Source: Octopus vulgaris | Taxonomy: Eukaryota | Assembly (NCBI GenBank): GCA_951406725.2 | Contig: OX597826.1 | Span: 73,470,001-73,534,000, forward strand | Length of the DNA stretch: 64,000 bases | Direction: 5' to 3' | Shown: positions 55,263-64,000 of the stretch, in pieces | Layout of the letters: every line of letters starts with the position of its first letter | Numbering within the stretch: the first letter of the stretch is position 1 | The notes under the pieces: generated by a model | Seen by the model: the letters and a program-made list of their open reading frames with translations, nothing else | The model's database searches: none | Told to the model about the DNA's origin: nothing | Position numbers and translations under genes: made by a program

Positions 55263-56026
55263 TGCACGTTTCCGTTAATGTATTTTTTTATTCCAAATGG
55301 CCACGAAAAGGGCAGCAGGAAAAGATGTTAGCCACAGCGATGGTAGCATAGTAGCGGAAACGTAAGTTTGAATGATGATAACGAAAGTGAAACAAAACAG
55401 CAACAGTTTCATTGCATCTTTTGTAAGCGCTCCTGGCCAAAACGGAGTTATCGGTCTTGGGAAATCCGAGCAAAAGAACGAGTATGACAGATTTGTGTCA
55501 CAAAAGACAGTACCTCCTTACTCGAGGGATTTATCAAGAAAAAAGCGTCAAGAAACGTCACATAAGTCAGTTTTTCACCAAATAGTGTGAGATTTATATA
55601 CCCTCGAAAGAGGAGTTTGAGGGAGCCTTATCAAGATATGATGCAGGATGTTTAGTCTTTTGTCAGGGGAAAGGAATATAGTAGCATGTACCTATCGTTT
55701 AAGACCGCAGGTAATTGAAAAAGGAAGGGTCTCATATGTTACATGCTTGTCTAGAGTATAGAACTGAATACAGGCAGAGGAAACACGAACGTCGTGACCA
55801 TGCACATTGCTCTGGACATTGGCCCTCGGTCTGTAATTGCCTTCATGTCACAATACAGGTAGTCGTGAGAGCAGATGTGAGCCACGGCAACACGTGGCCA
55901 GGTGGTGGTGGTGGTGGTGGTGGTGGAAGTGACGTGTATGCCGTTCTACTTAGCAGCAAACACAAGTAAACGTACTGGCGATGTAAAGCGATTAGTGAAT
56001 TATTGAGTGCCAGGATCGAGTCTTAT

Positions 56027-56089
<63 letters not shown>

Positions 56090-56749
56090 TTCTTTCACTC
56101 TCTCACTCTTTTCCCCCTTTCATTCTCTATCATACACACACTCATACACATATACACGTACATACACACACACACACACATGCTCACTCACGCACATGTT
56201 CACACACACACACAAGAAAGTATTATGCTATCACTTCGTATCCCAAACTACTGCTACCTCCTGTACCACGACCACCACCAACACCACCTCCACCATCATC
56301 AGCACCACCACACCTTACTACCACCACCAACTACTGCAGCATATTCAATACAAAAGCTGCGTAAAAGGTCTCCTTTTTTTTTTATTCTACCTTTATATTT
56401 ATGCTTGTGCGCTGAAGTCTCGTGTGTGTCTATGTGTGCGTGAAAATAGGTGTGTGAGTGTGCGTGTGTTTGTGCATGTGTGTTTGTGCATGTTTGTGTG
56501 TTTACGTGAGGCTTATTTTAAAGCGTATACGGATTTATATGTGTGTCTATGTATGGGTTTGTGTTTGCGTGTACATCCGTGGGTGTGTGTGTGTCCCTCT
56601 GTGTGTGTGTGTGTGTGTGTGTGTTGTATGTGTGTGTGTGTGTTTGCCTGTATATGTTGTTACAGTCATTATTATCACTGATAGTTATGAGGTAGTGGAG
56701 GCGGACATATTCTCCCTCTCTTTCTCCAACCTCTCTCTCTCTCTCTCTT

Positions 56750-56804
<55 letters not shown>

Positions 56805-57672
56805 GTGTGCGTGTGTACCAGGGCGGTGTAGTTTACAGTTTCTGTGTTAGCCATAATGCGGGTACTTGCTCTGTTGATCAGCAACATCTGCCTCGAAAGA
56901 GAGAGCGAGAGAGAGAGAGAGGGAGAGACAGACAGACAGAGAGCTTACTGTCCAAGACAATAATTTGCCTCTCACCCACAAGCACACAAATATACAGGAA
57001 GAAAAGAATGGGAAAAGAGTGTATGCTTGGATGTACAGAAACAAGGAGTAGAGTGAGTGTACATGCGTACGCATGCGTGTGTGTGTGTGTGTGTGTGTGT
57101 ATGCGTGTGTATGCGTTTGTATGCGTGTGTGTGTGTGCATGTGTGTGTGTACATGTGTTTGTACATATGCGTGTGCATGTGTGCATGCGTGTGTATGTGT
57201 GTGTGTGCATGCGTGTGTGTGTTTTGAGAGACAGAAGCAGAGGGAAAAAGTCCTTATGCTTCTGACCATCGAAGCCCATCATAAAATCAATCACTAATGC
57301 ATGAACTCTCCTCTTCTCTCTCCCTTTCTATCCCCCCTCTCTCTCTCTCTCTCTCACACGCGCGCGCGCAAACGTATACACACATGACGAAATCCACAAA
57401 TGTAAGATATTTATACACAGTATTTATGATAAATAAAGCGGAGACTAATTTTCGTACATTCACCTATTCTTGGAATGCGTGAGTGTTCCTTAATACCGAA
57501 ACCAACTTGGATAGCCTGACATATAGATCCCCCCCTGTTTTTACTGTTCTGAAATAAACCGCGCATTTCTTTGCAATCTGTAAACTGCAGGTTTTCTTGT
57601 CAACGTATTTCAGATTTTCTGTACAAAGGTCGTAACGCACTCGGAAACGGTTTAGAAAACTAACGGCAGTAT

Positions 57673-57890
57673 TATTCTTTTACTTGTTTCAGTCATTTGA
57701 CCGCGGCCATGCTGGAGCACCGCCGCCTTTAGTTGAACGAATCGACCCCAGGACTTATTCTTTGTAAGCCTAGTACTTATTCTATCGGTCTCTTTAGCCG
57801 AACCGCTAAGTTATGGAGACGCAAACACACCAGCATCGGTTGTCAAGCGATGTTGGGGGGACAAACACAGACACACACACACACACACAC

Positions 57891-57972
<82 letters not shown>

Positions 57973-58307
57973 AGAAAATGGAGGAATAGATTTCTTACAA
58001 TCATCAACTACTAGATAATACCAATTCATATAATTTATTGACTAATTATTTAGGAACATCCAGATCAAACAGAATAATACAGAATAAAGCAGTACAGATC
58101 AATAAGTAAGATAATACCATAAGAACAATACATATAAATATAAAATGGATCTTACAACATTTTACCTTCGCCCATATAATACAATAAATGAATTAATTGC
58201 ATTGCAATTCTTAGCATTTATGTATTAAGCCTTTATTGGGTACTTTACTGGCAGTATATTGGATAAATGATATCCCATAGTGGGTTACACTCATAACCCC
58301 TATCTCA

Positions 58308-58389
<82 letters not shown>

Positions 58390-58528
58390 TACGACGGGCT
58401 TCTTTCAGTTTCCGCCTACCAAATCCACTCACAAGGCTTTGGTCGGCCAAAGGTTCCATGCAGTAGGACTAAACCCGGAACCATGTGGTTGGTAAATAAG
58501 CTACTTACCACACAGCCACTCCTGCACG
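57673..58528 (-). mobile_element. SINE A split by an insertion in its internal (TA)n
   Basis: Tail at 57673-57890; body and head at 58390-58528. Confidence 0.9.
57967..58309. mobile_element. 343-bp AT-rich insert in (TA)n, possibly Penelope-type terminal fragments
   Basis: Flanked by long (TA)n on both sides; the two ends resemble each other in inverted orientation. Confidence 0.5.
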
Positions 58529-58829
58529 TAAACGAAAAAGCCTGCCTAAATCTTTAAAATGCGACCAGCTTTGTACATGTCCCGTGGGTATCTAAAACTT
58601 GCAGTATACTTACTTTGAAGATACATCCATCATTGTTAGCTTAGGTGTGGTGTCTACGTGTATAGAAGTGACAGAGATGGTGCAAGTGTGTGTGTGTGGA
58701 AGGGGGGGACGGCGCCTGTCTGAGAAGATTTATGATGATAACCTTACCACCTTTAGTGTTTTCACGCACCGAAACACATCGATTTATTTTGTGCGACTCA
58801 CTCACAATCGTGACAAACATATTGTTGCT

Positions 58830-59041
58830 ACAACAACAACAACAACAACAACAATAACAACATCATTGTCGTAATGTCTTGCTCCAACTTCAAAAATAGC
58901 AATATCATAGCGACGATAACAACAACAACAACAACAGCAACAAAAATAATAATAATTAATAATAATAATAATATAATAATAAAGCAACGATAAAAGGACA
59001 ACCATAGCAACAATAACGCCAACAGCAACAACAACAACAAC

Positions 59042-59076
<35 letters not shown>

Positions 59077-59239
59077 CGATAATAATAATAATAACGATAA
59101 CGATAATAACAATAATAATAACGATAATGATAATAATAACAATAATAATAATAATAATAATAACAATAACAACAACAACAATAATAATAATAATATTAAC
59201 AATAACAACAACAACAATAACAATAATAATAATAATAAC

Positions 59240-59333
<94 letters not shown>

Positions 59334-59377
59334 TTAACAATAACAACAACAACAATAACAATAATAATAATAATAAC

Positions 59378-59429
<52 letters not shown>

Positions 59430-59460
59430 GTAATGATAATAATGATAATAATAATAAATA
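58830..59460. repeat. (AAT/AAC)n array with internal block duplication
   Basis: The block aatattaacaataacaacaacaacaataac occurs twice. Confidence 0.92.
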
Positions 59461-59650
59461 AAGCACAAAAAGAAAATATCATTTGAACATTTGCTGTTTG
59501 CAATTTATTTCTGTTATTTCTGCATATGATGTCTACGTACAAAGAAATAAATTTCAGCGTTTAATTACTCGAAGTTTAATTAATTATTCAGAGATTTCTG
59601 TATGAATGAAAACCTCACTTGGTGAAATCGTCGTCGTCGTTGTCGTTGTT

Positions 59651-59709
<59 letters not shown>

Positions 59710-59875
59710 CTTGTTCTTGTTCTTGTTCTTGAAGAAGATGGGTGTGCCTTCAGATTGCGAGACAAATTTGGACTAGGGTTATAAATCATAGTGACGTTGG
59801 AAATAATTAGAACGTCGCAAAGGAGGTGGGTGGCGGGGGGGGCTGTATCGCTTGCCTATTCATTCATGTTAGGCT

Positions 59876-59940
<65 letters not shown>

Positions 59941-60254
59941 CATCAGCCGTTTATCACCTTTGTGTCAATGAAATAAATCTTTATTATGTTATTATGTTTA
60001 TTATTCATGGTTTCAGAAGAAATACACTCGTCAAGAGTTAGTTTCCTTTAAAATACGAAAAGAAAAAGACGAAGAAGAAATAGTTAGTTTCTTGGAACTC
60101 ATTAAAACAATCGGGGTTATTAAGTGTGAAACGCGAAGGTCTTCTTAATACCAAATCCGCTCTCCCCTAAAATGGAGAGTTGCTCCTTGTCAACAAAGTC
60201 GCAATATACTAATGATAAACAATCGCCTAATTGCGTTGCACAAACAAACATAAA

Positions 60255-60543
60255 TAAATAAGTACCGAGGTTCATTTGTTCAATTAAACCTTCGAGGCGG
60301 TGTTCCAGCATGGCCGCAATCCAGAGGCTGAAACAAATAAAAGATAAAAGATATAATATCCGATAATCGTAAATACATCGGCGCAGGCGTGGCTGTGTGG
60401 TTAAGAAGGTCGCTTGGCAACAATGCGGTTTTGAGTTCAGTCCCACTCCGTGACACTATGGGTAAGTGTCTTCCCCTATAACCTCGGGGTTGACTAATGC
60501 CTTGTGTGTTAATTTGGTAGACGGAAACTGCGTGGAAGCCTGC

Positions 60544-60577
<34 letters not shown>

Positions 60578-60800
60578 AATATGTATGTGTGTGTCTGTGC
60601 GTGTGTCTTTGAATTTGTATTTATCTTCCCACTACCAATTGACGACCGATGTCGGTTTGTTTACGTCACCGACATAGAATAAGTACCAAACTTTAAAAAC
60701 AAGCACTGGAGTCGATTTGTTCGATTTATTAGACTAAACCCGTCAATGTGGTGCCCCAGTATAGTCGCTGTCAGTTCAATGACCGAAAGAAGTAAAAGAT
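60255..60800 (+). mobile_element. SINE A tail fragment (60255-60350) and diverged full copy (60380-60800)
   Basis: ggcgcaggcgtggctgtgtgg head through ...gaccgaaagaagtaaaaga. Confidence 0.85.
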
Positions 60801-61449
60801 TAAATAAATAAATAAATAAAGGTTGACCAATGGTCCTCATAATCCCGTAATGCCATCCTCCCCCCCCGCCAACCGCTTCGGTCCACACCACCCCCACCCA
60901 GCTAAATACGCATGTCCTTTCATTCAGCTGCATAGTCCAGTAGAAACCTTACTTGTCCCTTGTTCACACATCTAACGACTTTCTGTTTTAAGGGTCTCAA
61001 TAAGTCCACTCATGACTTACACCCCAGCCACCCTCACTTTCTCTTCACCTGAATGTATAATTAATTTCTTAAGAATTTGAATAAGGGTTAAGGGAGAATA
61101 GGTAGGCGAGGAGGGCGGACAGACGGAGAGGGAGAGGGGCAAGACGAGGGGAAACAGCAATAACAGAGAACCACCACCATCACTACAACCGCCACAACAA
61201 CTACCACCACCACCATCACCGTCACCAGTATCACTGTCTCTACCTTAATCACTAACATATCATTAGCACCACCAACACCACTACCACCACCACACCATCA
61301 CCACCACTGCCACCATCACCACCACACTACCACCACCACACCATCACCACCACTACCACCATCACCATTACCATTATTACCACCACTACTACCACCACCA
61401 CCACTATCACCGCCGCCACCGCTCCTATGTTATATCACTGCTGTTGGTT

Positions 61450-61675
61450 GTAGGAAGTGAATTCACACTGACACCGGTTTTTGCAACAGCAGGCAGAAGA
61501 AAAAGAAGAAGAAGAAAAAGGTGTCAACCGGAAGTATTTACTAGAGACAACGAATGTCACTAATAAAAGATACAGAATGCCATTTCTGTCTCCTCCTCCT
61601 CCTACTTCCCTACGTCACTTCCTGCAATAATCAGGGTCAAATGTTATCTAATTTACCTGAACAAAATGGAAGTAA
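61450..61675. promoter_or_regulatory. Candidate ETS-site cluster with an ETS/CRE-half composite
   Basis: AGGAAGTG 61452, ACCGGAAGT 61527, ACTTCC 61604, TACGTCACTTCCTG 61611-61624, GGAAGT 61668. Confidence 0.35.
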
Positions 61676-61732
61676 CAGACGATGTCTTTCTTCGCTGAAA
61701 TTTTTTATATCTCTCACTCTCGTATAATGAAT

Positions 61733-62015
61733 GGTTTCAAATTTTGACACGACGATAGTAAATTTGGGGTGCAAGCTGATTACATCGACCCAGTGCCCCT
61801 CAACTGGTACTTATTTATAACGAGGCCCGAAAGATAAAAAACGAAGTCGATCTCTACGGACGAAATGCCTCTAAGCAATTTTCCCGGTGTGTTAACGATT
61901 CTGCCAGCTCGCCGCTTTATCTTTCTCTTAAGTATTACTCTTTTACTCTTTTACTTCTTTCAGTCGTTAGACTGCGGCCATGCTGGAGCACTGCCTTTAG
62001 TAGAGCAAATCGACT
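61733..62015 (-). mobile_element. SINE B (61733-61918) and SINE A tail fragment (61935-62015)
   Basis: Family motifs as above. Confidence 0.8.
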
Positions 62016-62017
62016 CA

Positions 62018-62330
62018 TACTTTGCTGAAAAGGTCTAATAAAACCGAAACGTATCCGGAGTAGTTCCCCTACTTGTTAAAGATTAGACTAACCACCACTA
62101 ACACATTCTGCATATCCCTAATTAACTTTTGAGTAAATCAGGATTTCAAAATGGTTTCCTTTGCTTCTCTTCGTGGGAATTAATGAGTAACTGAATGAGT
62201 TGTTATTGTTTTCGCTTTTTTGTCTCGTCACCTGGAGATGATTGTTTTTTGTAGGGTTGTTTAAGTTCGGCACAATAAATGTATTAGTCTCTGATTAACT
62301 GTCTTTGATGGTAAAAATATCCATTTTTAT
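62018..62330 (+). mobile_element. Penelope-type terminal fragment with type I hammerhead-like fold
   Basis: TACTTTG-CTGAAAA-GGT-ctaataaa-ACC-GAAAC-gtatc-CGGAGTA; stem I TACTTTG/CGGAGTA closes. AATAAA downstream; ends at a TA/TG microsatellite. Confidence 0.6.
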
Positions 62331-62343
62331 ATGTGTGTGTGTG

Positions 62344-62383
<40 letters not shown>

Positions 62384-62489
62384 TTGGATAAGGTTAAAAC
62401 ATGGTCTGGTTTTCACGTTTTTTTTATTATGGTATTTTCGTGTGTGTTGTGTTCCTGTTTTGAGTTTTATTGCTTGTACCACCAAATGC

Positions 62490-63090
62490 ATACACACACG
62501 TACATACATACATACATACACACATACACACATACATACATACATACATACACACATACACACATACATACATACATACATACATACATACATACATACA
62601 TACATACACACATACACACATACATACATACATATATACATACATACATACATACACACATACACACATACATACATACATACATACACACATACACACA
62701 TACATACATACATACATACACACATACACACATACATACATACATATATACATACATACATACATACACACATACACACATACATACATACATACATACA
62801 CACATACACACATACATACATACATATATACATACATACATACATACACACATACACACATACATACATACATACACACATACACACATACATACATACA
62901 TATATACATACATACATACATACACACATACACACATACATACATACATACATACACACATACACACATACATACATACATACATACACACATACACACA
63001 TACATACATACATACATACACACATACACACATACATACATACATACATACATACATACATACATACATACATACACACATACATACGTA
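62490..63090. repeat. Higher-order (TACA)n array with periodic CACA/TATA variants
   Basis: Recurring catacacacatacacaca and catatataca blocks. Confidence 0.95.
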
Positions 63091-63608
63091 TGTATGTATA
63101 TATGTGCGAGTGTATACATGACTGTGTGTACATCATGCATGTGTATAAATACATTAGTTGGAAATTAGTTTAGATGTACAAGGGTATATAATAGTTTAAC
63201 AAGACCAAGATGGCATCATTGAGAAAGAAATAAAGAACAATTAAAGGGTAAGATGATTAACCAATTAAATACGACAGAAAAGTCAGCAGACCGCAAAAAA
63301 AGGACAGACGACTTCCGGCGGCGTCTCTTTACTAATACTTCCGCTTTATCTGTATTAGTTGTTTGGTGCCTAATAACGGAGATCAGAGAGGTATTATACG
63401 GCATGTAAGACTAGTTATTTGGTGGCTTACATGTTATGTGTAGTTTGCTAAATTATCTAGAAAGCAGGTTGACTGTGCATAAGGCAGAGAAAGAGAGATA
63501 CAGAAGAGGGTACGAAGTCTCAGTGTATCTGTCTGTATTTCTATACGTGTATTTCTATATTTCTATATGTGGGTGGCGTTGTGTGCGCATGTGAGAATAT
63601 GTGTGTGT

Positions 63609-63652
<44 letters not shown>

Positions 63653-64000
63653 GAGAATGCATGTGTTCGTGCAAGAGTGGAATATATACGTGTTCGTAGA
63701 CGATGTTGCGTGTGTGTGTGTGTATATATACAGGGGTGTCGATGCACGTTTGCAAGTTTTTATTAAACAACACATCAGCAACAGCCCATTAGACCTCAGT
63801 AGATGTGATGCTTGCTTACTGCGCTATGAAAGCGAATACTAAAAAAGGGTCCTTAATCTCGTAGAGACATTCTGCATACACCCTCGCCTTTCTTCGTGTT
63901 AAAACTTACATTCTGAGAGATATGAAACCCATGCGATTGACTTTTAGAAACTGGAATAATATTTCAGGAGCTGGAATTGTAATTAAATCTGATAATATAA

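Overview
Eukaryotic, AT-rich, extremely microsatellite-dense DNA. The tRNA-derived SINE families and the (TA)n/(TG)n/(TAGA)n/(ATT)n landscape look like an octopus (coleoid cephalopod) genome; this is inferred from pattern, not from a database search. I find no credible host protein-coding exon, so the window is probably intergenic or deep intronic, and almost all listed ORFs are microsatellite translations. Present: about 30 SINE copies or fragments from three families (called A, B, C here), several with clean 14-18 bp TSDs; four hAT-type MITEs with 8-bp TSDs, three hosting a younger SINE; decayed coding relics of CR1, RTE, CR1/Jockey-group, DIRS and Penelope-like (GIY-YIG) retroelements; long hairpins; higher-order microsatellite arrays; and a ~1.05 kb tandem duplication that may be an assembly artefact. 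The most notable signal is a Penelope/hammerhead layer. A tRNA-headed SINE (family D, 14593-15029) ends in a minimal hammerhead-like motif. It carries an inverted copy of its own 3' end with a 31-nt extra tail, a Penelope-type integration signature, and sits inside a dead Penelope-like endonuclease ORF. Several other short hammerhead-like elements abut microsatellites. All alignments and folds were done by eye.
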